Source of the DNA: Dipteris shenzhenensis
Taxonomy: Eukaryota
Direction: 5' to 3' (one strand)
NCBI GenBank assembly: GCA_047967505.1
Contig: CM106538.1
Length of the DNA: 64,000 bases
This document shows, one piece after another, positions 1 through 13,474 of the stretch. Under the pieces are notes generated by a model. The model ran no database searches, had not been told where the DNA came from, and saw only the letters and a list, made by a program, of their open reading frames with translations. Every line of letters starts with the position of its first letter. The stretch's first letter is position 1. Both the position numbers and the translations under genes were made by a program.

Positions 1-2960
1 CTGAGGGTTATAAGAGTGATACCTTGTACCCTCTTTATGTTTCCAGTGTAGGTAATCATGTTGTTGCCATAACCGAGCTGCCAAAGGTTTCATTGTGGCA
101 TAGCCGGTTGGGACACATGTCCGTTAAAGGAATGCAAGAACTGTCACGTTTGGGTTATCTGCCGTCTCTTTCATTTTCAGATTTGCCTACTTGTGATCAT
201 TGCATTTTTGGAAAGCATTCTATGACTCCTCATAAGAGGAGAACTCCCTAGAATAGAGCACCGCTTGATCTAGTGCACACTGATTTGTGTGAGATGCCAC
301 AGCTATCACTAGGGGGTGCAAAGTATTTCATTACTTTTATTGATGATGCCACATGCAAAGTGTGGGTCTATTTCTTGAAGCATAAGAGCGATGCCTTAGA
401 TGCTTTCAAGAAGTTTGTCGCTCAGGTTGAGAATCGGATAGGACGCAGGCTGAAATGCCTCAGATCTGATAATGGGGGTGAGTATGTGTCACATACTTTT
501 GTACAGTTATGCGAAGCTAAGGGCATTAAACAGGAACTCACAGCCCCTCATAATGCATCTCAAAATGGTGTGAGTGAGCGGATGAATCGAACTATTCAGG
601 AGAAAGTTCGATGTATGTTGTCTTATGCTGCATTGCCCCATGGCTTTTGGGCAGAAGCCGTGCAAACAGCAGTTCACCTAATTAACAGGTCGCCGAACAA
701 GGCTTTGGAGTTGAAAGTGCCAGAGGAGGTGTGGTCTGGCAAGCCACCTTCATATAAGCACTTACGTGTGTTTGGCTGCGAGTGCTTTGCTCATGTACGC
801 AAAGAACTGCGCACCAAACTGGAGCCAAAGTCTTTCAGATGCATCTTCATGGGTTACGGTGACGAAGGTGAAATGGGGTACCGGTTATGGGATCCTGTCA
901 AACGGAAGATTATACGCAGCAATGACGTCATCTTTAAAGAGGATTGTGTACACAGAGAACCCGTGCAACCTGCGGAATACAGGAGGGTTGTCTATGATGA
1001 TGTCGGACAGCAAAGAATGCCCATTAATATGCAGCAGCAGGCTGCTGTAAATAACCCTGTTCAAGAGGGTATACAGGCTGAAAATCAGCCAGACAATTTT
1101 GCCAATGATGCACCACTGGATATGCCAGCAAATGGTGCTGTAGAACAGCCAAATATGGTGGTACAGCCACCCGTCATGCATGACGAACAGGCTAGACAGC
1201 AGCCTAATACGGAACATTTTGTTAGGAGGAGCACGCGTGTACAACGGCCTCCTGACAGGTTTGTTCCAGGAGCCAATAATGTGGCTGATTTTATCATGCT
1301 GACAGATTGTGGTGAGCCTTCCAGCTTCAGGGAAGCTATGGGAAGAACAGAGAAAAGGAAGTGGGAGAAAGCCATGCAGTCAGAAATGGACTCCCTACTT
1401 CAAAATGATACATGGGACTTGGTGCAGCTACCTGTAGGCAGAAAGGTTTTGCTGTGCAAGTGGGTTTACAAAGTCAAAGTGGATTCAAATGCTTTACCGA
1501 GGTATAAGGCCAGATTGGTTGCCAAGGGATTTAAGCAGGAGAAGGGCATTGACTTTGATGAGATCTTTTCCCCCGTAGTCAAGATGACTACTTTGAGAGC
1601 AGTGTTAGCTCTTGTTGCTCATGAGGACATGGATTTATGTCAGATGGATGTGAAGACTGCTTTTCTTCACGGAGATCTCCATGATGAGATCTACATGAGT
1701 CAGCCAGAGGGATATGCTGTTAAAGGGAAAGAGCAGATTGTGTGTAAGCTCAAGAGGAGCTTGTATGGACTCAAGCAGGCGCCAAGAGAATGGTACAAGA
1801 AGTTTGATGCCTTCATGCAGTCCCAAGGGTATCATAGGTGTGAGACCGATCACTGCTTGTACACCAAACGGGCAAAGGATGGCAGTTTGATGCTACTCAT
1901 TCTATATGTGGATGACATGCTGATTGCCAGCAAATCTCAGCAGGAGATTAGTGCTTTGAAGAAGCAACTGCATAAGTCTTTTGACATGAAAGACACGGGT
2001 GATGCAAACCATATTCTTGGTATGCGGATTATTCGTGACAGGTCCAAGGGACTTTTGTTTCTGTCACAGAAGGAGTACATTGACAAAGTACTGCAGAGGT
2101 TTAAAATGGAGGGAGGGAAGTCTATTAGTACCCCGTTGCCTCCTCATTTAAAACTCAGCAGTAAGGACAGCCCCAGATCAGATGATGATAAGGCTGAGAT
2201 GGCCAAGGTTCCGTATGCATTTGCAGTTGGTTCTTTGATGTATGCCATGGTTGCCACTCTCGTCCGGATATTGCTTTTGCGGTGGGAGTCATCAACAGGT
2301 ATATGGCAAATCCAGGCAAGCAGCACTGGGAAGCAGTGAAAGGCGTCTTGAGGTATCTCAAGGGTACCAAAGACTTGTGCATATGCTATGGTAGGCAGGA
2401 TGCATTGGTGCATGGTTTTACAGATTCAGACTATGCAGGGAATGCAGATAACCGGAAGTCTACTACCGGTTATATTTTCACATTTGCAGGAGGTGCTATA
2501 TCATGGGTGTCTCGGTTGCAGAAATGCATTGCACTGTCAACCACTGAAGCTGAATATGTTGCAGCCACTGAGGCTTGCAAGGAAGCAATATGGCTTACTC
2601 GGCTGGTGGGAGATTTGGGCATTACAGGAGATATGCCAGTTTTGCATTGTGATAGTCAGAGTGCTATCATGTTGGCAAAGAATCCGGTCTTTCATCAGAA
2701 GACCAAGCACATAGATGTGAAATACCATTTCATCAGGGAGGTACTGGAAGACAAGCGGCTTGAGCGTGTGAAGGTGCATACTGATTCCTGCAGATTTGCT
2801 CACTAAGAGCTTGCCTACAGAGCGGTTTACACATTGTCGCCACATCATGGGATTAGGATGAGACCATTCTTATTTTATGGTCTTGTATACAGTAACTGTA
2901 TATTGCTGTAATTTTTATTCTTTTCTCCCCTTTAGGCACAGTGGCCTTTAGGTGGGAGGT
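1..2960 (+). mobile_element. Ty1/copia LTR retrotransposon pol region (GAG-pre-integrase, integrase, RT, RNase H), disrupted
   Basis: ORFs 24-251 (LWHSRLGH..CDHC), 273-2339 (HTDL, LRSDNGGEY, YKARLVAKG, QMDVKTAFLHG, LYVDDM) and 2282-2806 (DSDYAG, STTEAEY, KHIDVKYHFIR). In-frame TAG at 249-251, frameshifts near 2262 and 2790. Purine tract AGGTGGGAGGT at 2950-2960. Confidence 0.97.
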
Positions 2961-3140
2961 TGTTGGGGTAAAGGCACATTGCCACCCTTTAAAAGTTATG
3001 ACCCCTATGACTGTCTTAAGACAGTCATAGGGTAAATCCCTAATCCTAATAAAACCTTTGAGTTTGTGGTGTGGCTCAACACTTTTTAAACACCCACACT
3101 TCTTGTGTCTCCCTCTCCTAACGTTCCACCTCCTCTCTTT
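2961..3140 (+). repeat. Truncated 3' LTR of the copia element
   Basis: Starts TGTTGG directly after the purine tract and is cut off by LINE RT sequence near 3140. The end point is approximate. Confidence 0.7.
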
Positions 3141-4414
3141 CCCTCACAGTCTTTCCATCAGCCTGGTCCGTGGGATTGTGTCAAATGCTTTGCGGAAGTC
3201 TACAAAGCAACAATATATCCTTTTATGATGATGTTTGCCTTCCTCTATGACCCCGGAGAGTCAGGATGTGATCCAAAGTGGTATAACCTCGCCTGAAACC
3301 TGCCTGTCCTACTGCTCTGTGTCCATGCATTGCTGCCCATCTGCTCAACTCCTTTTCCAAGATGGATCCATATATCTTGGCCAAGCAGTGGCCAATCATG
3401 ATAGTCCTGTAATTGTTGGGCATCATCGGATCTCCACTCTTAAAGAGCAGTACAATGATATGCTCTGTCCAACTAGGGGGGAATCCTTCACAAACTGCTC
3501 TATTAAACACATGCACAAGAAGCGGTGCCACAATGTCCCGTGCGTACATAAAGTGCTCTCCCGCTAATCCATCATGATCCAAAGCCTTTCTATGTCCCAA
3601 TCTGTCAATGGCATCATTGACCATATGCAATTTGAAGGAGCAATATGTAGGCCTCGTATCCTGTGGTTACGGAATCGGTGGCTGTCCTGGTATACAATAT
3701 AATGACTGCGCATAGTCGGCCCAAGCTTCTGGTGCTACAATCGGTGTACCAGGCTGTCTCTCCTGAAACATCCTCCATGCCTTCTTACTGTTCTGTCCCA
3801 AGAATAATTGGTAGCTCTCTGCCTCCAATCTAGCTAAGTAGGCCCGTTTCTTCTTCCGTATTAGGCGTGAGAAGATGGCCTTGGCTTGCTTGTGTGTCCG
3901 AGTGTTTGTAGCAACCTCCTGCTGTAATTGTCTGCGCATCATACGACACTCATCGTCATACCAACTATTTTGTGGGGCAGTGCTGCAAGGAGGGGTGGAT
4001 GATATTGTTGTGTGTGGGAATGCATACTGTGCTGACACATGCAATACCTCTGTCAAACCACGGGTGATCTCCTCCAGGGGACCATGAGGGTCTAGCACCA
4101 TAATTTTGTCCCACACTGCATCTCCGTACATTGTAGCAATCTCCTCCATGAATTGGTATCTAGGTTGTCTCTAAAACGAAGGCCTGACTACCCCCCTCCA
4201 GCATCCTCCTGACACAATAAACCTCAATATAGCATGGTCCGCAGCCACTCCAATGGGTCTGCTAGATACACTGAAATCACAGATCTGTGGAATTAGAGAC
4301 GGCAACCCCATCAAATAATCAACTGTACTAGCACCTCCTTTCGGGTTCCAGCATGTAAGAGCATCTGAACCTGGCCAATAAGACAGACCATTGAAGATAA
4401 TCAATCCATGGGCA

Positions 4415-5058
4415 TGTAAGAAAATAGTACGCAGCGGAAGATAACAACAAAACGCAAGTACACGATGGAAAGCTGGAGAGAATACAAAAATTCTGATATA
4501 CCAAACTGCTGATACAACTGATGGTTGGCTGTCCACCCATGCGCTCTACAGACAGAGCTTCGATGGTGATCTAGACAGATGCTGGACGGAGGACTATGAG
4601 CGTGAAGAACTGGTGATCTGATGATAGGGGGTGGCCACTATTATATAGTGTAAGTCGGTTGACGGTCGGCCTTGTAATAGGCAGTCGGCCTAATAGACAG
4701 TCGGCCTGGAAGACCAACCGACCCTTCAGAAAACATGCTGTCGGGCCCCGGACCCTGCCGCTGGGGGCTTTGCCCCCAGACCCCCACCGGGGGCCTGCGC
4801 CCCCCGGACCCCCTGCTATCGGGGGGGCTATCGCCCCCCCGAACCCCCCCTTTTTGCAGACGGGTATCTACTCTTGGCTCCTAAGCCGTCTCATAACCAT
4901 CTGGTCTACTCTAAGACCCCTTCCAGTGTCTAAACTGGGGATCCCTCCCAATATCCGATACCCATCATGGCTTCTCCTCATATGGGGGCCTTACAACATT
5001 GGGTACACAGAATATTGGTGGGTTACATGAGAGGTGGACATTTGAGCTAACTCTAACA
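4415..5058 (-). mobile_element. Solo LTR (644 bp) inserted in the LINE endonuclease
   Basis: TG...CA termini, flanked by 5-bp direct repeat GGGCA (4410-4414, 5059-5063). It interrupts the ..LGSA/HGLIIFNG.. frame. Confidence 0.92.
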
Positions 5059-5780
5059 GGGCACTCCCTAATGCTAAGAAATGTGTACCATATTCTGTCA
5101 CATCTCCCAAGTCCTGTGCCGACCTATGCAAACCAACCTCCTCTGCGTTGATCTCTCTGTAGATGGCATCACTCGAGTCATATATTGATGTCTGCCTCAA
5201 GTGTGTACGGGCATTAAAGTCCCCCACTAGCAATATCTCCCCCATGCTCGCATATCTCATAATGTCCTCATACAATGGCAAGTACGGCGACTCGCCCTCA
5301 GGTGCATACCTCGAGTAGGCAGGTGGAAAGTAGCATGCAGCTACATATAAATCCCTGGGGTCCCCTCTTTCCACTTGGATCCACATGTATCTGGCTTCTG
5401 CATCTCTATGAACGACATGTACTATGTCTCGCAAATCCTCTCTGTACAATACTGCTACTCCCCCAGAGCCTCTAGTCCCTCCTGCCATCTGTGGCTGTGG
5501 TCGGCATACTGATTCCCATCTAAAACCTCTAACATCTGGAAGTTTCCTCCCCTTGCACTGGTGTGTCTATGTGTAAATAGCGACATCTGCATGCCTAAAG
5601 GAATCCTCAAAATAGCCTGCATCTAGCCTCAGAGAACCATTACAGTTCCATATACTGAACCTTAAAGTCTCCAAGGCCCCATACCGTCATGTGGATCTCC
5701 TCTCTGTGATGATAACTCTCCCATCTCATGTCCTCAAATCGTAAAATCAAGGCCTTGGGCCGGGCGTCATCTTTTCCTAC

Positions 5781-6740
5781 TCACCATGCAGCAGCAATAG
5801 GTACACTTTCCGCCCCTATCTTCGATGCTAGTGCCTTTGCATCTTTAGTGGCATCCTCTTTTTGTTCCCATCCCACAATTCTAACATGCAAGATCCGAGC
5901 CTTTCTCCTTGCCTCTTCCTCTAATGTGGCATTCATGACCTCTATTTTATTAGCTGTTACTCCTCTGTTTTTCTTGACCACTTCAATCCATGGTGCGTTT
6001 TCTTTCATCTCATTGCCCACTTCTTGTGCTTGTTTTTTTGCATCTTTAGCCACCTCGGCCCAAGTATGCACCTCTTTTTCAACATTTGCTTTCACTTTAA
6101 CAACACTTGCCTCCACGGCTGCAATTGCCTCCCTGCTTTTCTGAGACTCTTTGTCCATGGCCGCAGATACATCATTTTTACATGCCTCAAGTTGCGATTT
6201 CAATTCTGCCATTTCCTTATCTTTTACAGATTCCATGGCCCTTGTCTCAGCATTTACATAATCTTTCATAATCTTATGCATATCCTTTTGTAGCAATACT
6301 TGGTGTACTTCCACTTCAGCCCGCAATCTGGATTGCATTTCACATAGTAACTGTGCTTGCATGTTCGCTTTCAGTTCTTGCATTTCAACCTTGAGCTGCT
6401 TTTCCATTTCCTTCTTGGCTTTGCATACTTCGGTTTCCATCTGCTTCTTTATTTGCTCATACATTACTTTTGCTTGTGTCTGGACTTCTTGCATAATTTC
6501 CTCCCGCATGGTGCTCATCTCTGCTCTTACCAATTTGTACATCTCGTTATATACTACTTCATCAATCATCTTGGGGGTTTTTCCCAATCTCTTTGAGCTT
6601 GGAGAGAGCGTCCATTCTCTGCCTTTCCGGATACGAAACTTGGGGATTTTTTGTGTCTTTCCCGGTGTGTGAAATTGAGCCTCATTTGCGATCTCTAGTG
6701 TGGCATGCCCTTCATTAAGAGCAGCCATGTATGTTTCCAC
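5781..6740 (-). pseudogene. LINE ORF1 (coiled-coil protein), premature stop before the C-terminal RNA-binding part
   Basis: 319-aa E/K/M/Q-rich ORF directly upstream of the APE endonuclease frame. Confidence 0.75.
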
Positions 6741-9200
6741 AGCCAGAGAGAAAGAGAGAGCATAAACTCCAGCAGGTGCAAAGCAAAGGCAAACACCGAC
6801 CTCAACCAGAGAGAAAGAGACGTCGCTGAGGGATTACTCTTACGGCAGAGAAGACTGCGTACACCAGAGCAAAAGTCCCGACGATCTCCGCTCCCAAACC
6901 GTCGCCTTTGGTGTAACTGCCTTTGCGCAAGGGCAGGAATGAAGAGAAACCTCCACTTAACAAGATTGAAATGAGCTACCAAAGACCCAAGGAGAAGCGC
7001 CAGGAGAATAGGAGCGATCCGAACCAGCTTCCAAGTCGGCCAGCCAACAACCACAAGTCACTTTGCTTCACAGGTGCCACTAATCCAGAGAAATGGGAAA
7101 GAGGCTTTCTATTGAAGATCTATACGAAGATTAAGAAAGCTGACAGACGTCTAAAGACTCTGCAGAAGACTCTAAAGACGTCTAAAGACTCTGCAGAGAG
7201 AGGTGGTGATCTCTACATGCACTTCTCTTGGTCTTGCAAACATAACTTCAAGTTCATATTGTATTGTATAGAGAATTGTACTCAGCCTCATGCTCCCTCT
7301 GCGAGCTAGTTGTACAAAGTTATTTCTTGCAAAAAAGTCTTTTGGGGGGTCCAGCCCTTATTTCTGGGCCCTAGTTCTGTGTTTTTCTCTCTCTTTCCCT
7401 GCTCTTCCACCCCTTCCTCCATTGCGTTTCAGTTCCAGGTGTTTATCTATCTTTCCCTGCTCATCCACCCCTTCCTCCATTGCTTTTCAGTTCCAGCACT
7501 TCGTTGAGTTTCCTAAGCTGTCCCAAAGTTCTCCAATCCCTAGATGTGGCGGATATTGAAGTGTCATTTGCTCCTTGGTGCTGCGACTTTTCCTAGCTGC
7601 GATTTGGTTTTCAGCCACATGTTCTTGAGGATTTGAGGTGCGAATTAACTAGAGGGGCTGTGGCGTACTTATTGGAAGTTGTGTTCGAGGTTTAGTTAAG
7701 GTCTCATAGAGGACAACTACTTCAATGTGACGAGGTCGTGGAGGTAGAAGCAACATAGATAATGGGCATGCTGCACGAATGCAAGAACCTACCAATCTAA
7801 GCAGCGGATCATGACCCGGACAATAGAGATAGAAGTGATGAGGACACGGCTTCAGAAACAACTAGGTGCAATGTTGAACGCCCAAAGGGATCATGCCCAA
7901 CAAGGAGGTGAGGAGCGAATTGAAGGCCAAGTGAAGCACAAAATAAAGAATGAGCCAAGCCACGGCCTGAAGTACAATCATGATGGAGCTGGATTGTTGC
8001 ACAATATAATTGCCAATTTTTTTTGTTATCCTAGGCTAATGAACATTGTCGGGCTCACTACCTACACTGCTACAGAACTCTATCGTTGATACTGTTCTTA
8101 TTATTAGAGCTTTACTCGAGGTTTTCCTTAAGTCACACGACCTTCTGACTGTTGTCATAGGCCTCTGCGAGCTGCCAAGTATTGCTAACCTCTGGATTTC
8201 CGCACATTGCTTCATAAGCTCTTAAGTAGTGTGTCAATTATTGGCTAGCTATGAGCTTTCTCCAAACCTTATATGCCTTCCTTGAGCTTGATGCCTCACC
8301 TACCAACACGGTTCCCCTCATTGATGGTATGCCACCTTTCTACTAGCCGCCTAGCTATGCATGTGTCCTTAAAAGCTTGTTGTTTGTTCGCAATGCTACA
8401 CTACACTTTAGTCAAGACTGCCTTTGCTCTCAAATGATACAAGCTCTGTGTGGAAACATCCTTTGCTTGAAGCTCCTCTTATATCTAGTTGTGGCTCCTT
8501 GTGACATCGTAAGTTGCACTCCACGCGACTTCTTGAGCACAAGGCTTCAAAGCCTTGGCACTATGAAAATGCCACTTATTAAAAATAGTAACAGGAGATC
8601 GAGGACTTTTCACCCTTTGGTCCCAAGAATCTTCTTTTCAAAAATTGAAGCGCACAGAAACTTTCATACTCCAATGCAATTATTAGAAACCTCCCTCTCT
8701 TTTACACTGTTCCAAACACTACAAACACTTAAAAACACTGCAAACACTCGACAATGGGAAACTTCACCTGCTCAATGGTTGCAAACTATGTTCTCATCTA
8801 AAAATTAGATTAGAGGTAGAAACCTCAAAACTAAGTGAAATCTGCAAACGTTTTTTTCTTACATTTACCCATTGGTGGAATGGAAGAGCACTACGTCCAC
8901 TATCATGGGTGATACAATGTTGAATAGTGTGTTAGAGCTTATGCAACATCGGATGAAGATGACCAAATTACTATTCAAACGTACACCTTGTCTATTATGT
9001 TCATCATATTGATACAATATATATGAAACAAGGTTGCTCTAAGTCCATAAGGACATATTTGCACTGAACGCAAGGAAAGGTAGGTTTTCAGTCTGTCAAT
9101 CTCTTCCAGAACAAGAGCTGTTCCTACACATATGCTAGATATGATGGCTGCTTCCAATAAAATGACTCTGTAATATATCAAGATACCTTACAAAAACAGT

Positions 9201-9276
9201 CTCCCCATACGTGAATGATTCATATGGGGAGTTTAGCTCTCCCCATGCGTGAATGATTCATATGGGGAGTTTAGCT
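9201..9276. repeat. Two tandem copies of a 38-bp hairpin-forming unit
   Basis: CTCCCCATRCGTGAATGATTCATATGGGGAGTTTAGCT x2. Confidence 0.9.
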
Positions 9277-10029
9277 CTTTCTTCTAACTGTTGGATTAGG
9301 CTTGTAAATAAATAATTTGTGATTGATGTCGTCTTCTACATTTTGTTTCAGTCTTTATGATATAATTTTGTGGATCAAGTTGCTAGCAAGGTAGATTGAT
9401 TGATTTAAGGTCCTACTTGTGACAGTTGGAGGCACTTCTAAACTTGTACGTAGATGAGCAACACGTGCTTGTTTTGCATTCAAATGTAACACACAAAGTA
9501 GATATACAAATCATGTTCAAGGTCCGTCTCTATCCTTGATGTTTATCGAACGCACAATCCAAATATGCCATTCAACATCCTACATTTTGTTAAACAAATA
9601 TGTTTCTAAAGATATATGGAGAATGATTTTCACTTTTTTAATTTTGGTTTTGTTTGTTGGTTTCCTGCTAGGATGTAGGCATATTGTAAGGCAACTAGCT
9701 TCCATACTTTGATTTATATTATTCTATGACATGTTAAATATAGGGATACACTATCCCAAGATGTGCATAGGGGAGCTGGAGACACTTTTGCCTACAGTAG
9801 GCTTCTATCCACTTTAGTTCTGGCTTGTTGCACATTAAGTAGAGAATATCACATAGCTCCTTGCTCTCGGTTAAGATAATTCTATATCAGCTGGGTGCAT
9901 CAGATGAACCACAATGATCACTTTTATTAGCTTGGCCAGCTCTTCAACAAGGACTTTCCAGGAAACTCAATGTAGTAGAATAGAATTATAACACCATAGA
10001 ATGAGAGATGGTGCGGCCTTGATCAATGA

Positions 10030-10620
10030 GTTTGAGAGGCAAAAACTCCCACTTTAAGAGCCGCACATTGACATGCATTGCATTTGCACACATGCAAACA
10101 ACAGTGTTGGAATAACTTGGTCCCCATGATCTTCCTAGCAGTGGCATCGGAGACTACATGTTCAGCATCCAAACCAGAATGTGCATCTTCAAGGATAGCT
10201 TGGGTTTTATGTAGAAGCACACACCTTTGCAAAATGTGGTTTTTGCCTAGTCAACCTAAAAGTTGCGTCTGGGACAATTCTTTTTTGCTTTTCAGTGTGT
10301 GGCAAACCTTCAGAAAGTTTCCCTGTGGATAAGAATTGAACTACATCTCCATACCAAGGTGGAAAGCATTCTATACCAAGCAAGCATACATCCAAGTCTA
10401 TTGCCACCTAAAAAGGGTTCGCATTGAGCAACTCATATTCCACGCCTATAGCTACTTTCCCTGTTGATATCCTTGATAAATGATATGCTAGTTGGTGCAA
10501 CCGACCCAATCGGACCAAAATTTTAAAAACAAACTCTTGGAACAAAATAATCCATCTGCTTAAGCGGGTTTGTTCCCTAAATACTATTGGGATTGATGAC
10601 CTGTGATGGAGATAAACTTG
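10030..10620 (-). pseudogene. Degenerate Ty3/gypsy pol fragment (RNase H end to integrase zinc finger)
   Basis: RLSRWIILFQEF..LAYHLSRI, PWYGDVVQFL, ILEDAHSG..H..ATARKI..CNACQ across frameshifts. Confidence 0.8.
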
Positions 10621-10639
10621 CTGCCAATGCACCCTCTAT

Positions 10640-10790
10640 CGTTGGGGGGTTGACTTTGGGGGCCTATCATATCAATCTAGGAACAAAGAAGGAAACAAGT
10701 ATATACTAGTGGCCACTGATTATGGTACTAAATGGGTAAGGCCCATAGGTTGTGGCTACCTTCCTACACAATCAAATTATTCTACTCCCA
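10640..10790 (+). pseudogene. Gypsy integrase core fragment
   Basis: Translates to WGVDF..GNKYILVATDYGTKWV. Confidence 0.7.
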
Positions 10791-11047
10791 ACATCTTTGT
10801 TCACATATTGGATGACATACAAGGCCAATTCTGGATACTTCTCTTTCCATTTGCTTGAGTCAAGAGAGTGGTGAAGCACGTGGATGATAACTTAGACCAT
10901 TGAATGAGTATGGATGTGGACGAAATGGAAGAGCACCGAAGGGAGGTTGTCTTTGCCTAGCAAGCGTGGCAAGATAGAACCCTAAAAAAAAGAAAGAAAT
11001 ATAATACAAATACTTCTTTTGCTTTAAAAAAAAAGATAGAAAAAAGA

Positions 11048-13474
11048 TGTTGTAATTTGACACGACGTGGTGTGTCATGTGTAGGGCCGAGTGCCAAGTG
11101 CGATCTCCTAGTCGCCCTCTTCCTTTCTGTCAAAAGGTCCACAGGGGGAACAGCAAAGAGATATATCTTCATGCCAATATATCTTGGTGCATCCATTTTG
11201 CACTATGCTTACCCCACAAGGGACATATACAACATGACAGCTTCTCAATGAGGCCTTGTTAGCTTGAATTACATTTCTAACACCCTCCCTCAATTCAAGT
11301 ACGGGTATGCCTTGTGTCCTTCCCCCCCCCCACACACACACACCTCCCCCCACACCCACTCGAGGTCAACCTGGACCAGTGGGCACAAGGTCCACTGCAG
11401 TGGTCAATTCACACACCCACCCACCCACATGCTAGGGACACCACGTCTCAACCTCCAAACCACTAGGCCAAAGCCTTGAAGGCAAAAAATTATCCTATTT
11501 GTGACACGTTGCTCTTTTTGCGATCCAAGCCGCTATCTATGTGTTTTGGCTACACATGTTCTTGGGTGCTTGTTCCCTTGTACATGGCTTTTCTGCCAAC
11601 CTTCTGTGTCCCGATTGTAAAGTTCTGCTAGGCTGCTCTTGCACGTATAGGGTTTTGCTAGGCTACTCCTAAGTCAGATCGACAACGATTAAATAGTATT
11701 TACTGCCCGTGCCCGTCCTTGCCGTTGAGTGTTCTATGCCAGTCTATTGCTCTAACTTTTTATGCACTTCACTAACGCTCGCGTTAGTCTGGCACTTTCT
11801 TGTTTATATATTGTTGTTCAACACTTCAGACTTCTGGTTGCAGTCTGCTACGGTCATCCAGTCCCGCTTGCCATTTTGCAGTCTGCTTTCAAGCCGTCAG
11901 ACATCTCTTCTTTTGCTCGTGTTCAGTCTTGCGTAGCTACTCTCAAAGCTCTCAGTGAAGCTTAGCTTCTATAGAGATCACTTCTTACATATCACAGCGG
12001 AGGGTTTCATTGAGCCACCAGGATACACACAGATTCACCTACCCCACTCGATGAGGATCTCTCTTGGGCAGTTCCGGGTCTCGTCACACAGACTTCGCAT
12101 CGAGAGCGGCAGAGCAGAGCGACTACCCAGGGAGCAGCGCATATGCACACTATGTGACATAGAGGAGGTTGAGACAGAGAAGCATTTCATCTTCAGGTGT
12201 CCTGTGTACTATGAGATCGTTTCCACTGCCTCTTCAGAGATAGTTATGGGATTTTAGCCCATTTCCTCTCCTACCCAGACCAGCGGTGTTTGGTAGGTTT
12301 CATTCATGAGGCACTTAGACACCGCGAGAGGATACTCCGAGCACGGAGATAGAAGCAGTCATCTTCCTCGGTTGATCCCTCTCAGAGCTCTATCATGGAG
12401 TTCTTTCAGCTAGATCACATGGACCCCAACGAGACGAGGCCTCGACATGACGGTGACCCGGAACCCGTAACCCGACAGCTCAGATAGAGAGTCGACACAC
12501 AGATCACACTTGGAGACATCTCCCCTCCTTGTTTAGAGTTGGAGCCCGACCGACGGGGGTCACAGTAGCCCTGGTTAGACGTAGAGCTACGACCAAGAGA
12601 TGTGCCAGGACCGCACCTCTGAGTGGCTGACAGCACTCTGTTGCCGACTTCATGCCTCCACTGCCTCATCCATCCTGATATCTTGCTGTTGTTGGGGATG
12701 ATGATGATATTGATGATGATGTTGAGATTGATATATAGTCAACCACCGACATCACTATGTTGTACTTAGGACTTAGTACTGCCATTCTGCATTTTTGGCA
12801 TTTTGCATTTTGCATTGGTATGGACGCTCGTTTAGTAGCTCCACTACCACAGCTCATTGTATCAGGATTTTCACAGTCTCATAGACCCATCGGTCTTCCG
12901 AAGACTTTAATAAACTTTCTTTCTTTCTCTGTGTATCAGACTAGTTCAATCCAATTTTTTTTGTTGTTCGTACCACGGGGCATGCTGCAATTTCTATGCT
13001 GTACCACGTGGCACTGCATGCTTCTTGAAAATGCCCCCAAATTTGACCCTATTGCCACAGGGGCGGCGTGTTTCCATTTACACCTGCACTAGAGCTCCTC
13101 GATCTCTAATACCATGTTGCAAATTGACGCAACTCCTCTGCAAATGCTGTACCACGTGGCACTGCACGCTTCTTGAAAATGCCCCCAAATCTGACCCTAT
13201 TGCCACAGGGGCGGCATGCTTCCATTTACACCTGCACTAGAGCTCCTCGATCTCTAATACCATGTTGCAAATTGACACGTGGCATGCATCTGTAGGGCTG
13301 AATGCCAAGTGTGGCCTCCTAGCTGCCCTCTTCCCTTTCCAGGAAACAATGTAGAGAAGGGAATATATCTTAATGCATCCATTTTGCATTGTATGTGGGA
13401 TTACCTCCCAAGGGACATATGCCACATGGCAACCTCTCAATGAGGCCATGTTAGCTTGAATTGCATTTCTAACA
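11048..13474 (-). mobile_element. Small non-autonomous LTR element (TRIM-like)
   Basis: Diverged direct repeats 11048-11282 and 13263-13474 (TGTTG...CTAACA). Minus-strand PBS TGGTATTAGAG at 13252-13262 and purine tract AGGGAGGG at 11283-11290. No clean TSD. Confidence 0.8.
11955..12930 (+). mobile_element. 5'-truncated LINE 3' end nested inside the small LTR element
   Basis: FRVSSHRLRIESGR..RICTLC..VETEKHFIFRCPVY (LINE C-terminal CCHC). Ends with AATAAA and a (CTTT)n tail near 12910-12928. Confidence 0.8.

Larger units (their letters stand above)
3140..7220 (-). mobile_element. LINE (non-LTR retrotransposon): ORF1 + APE endonuclease + partial RT, 3'-truncated
   Basis: ORF1 5781-6740 (coiled-coil-like, followed after a TGA by VGK..RPKALILRF). 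Endonuclease motifs FSIWNCNG, SGGVAVL, ACYFPP, LVGDFNA, STVDY, DH. RT motifs LFKSGD..NYRTI, QAGFR..TLDHI, CCFVDFRKAFDTI ending near 3140. Confidence 0.92.
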
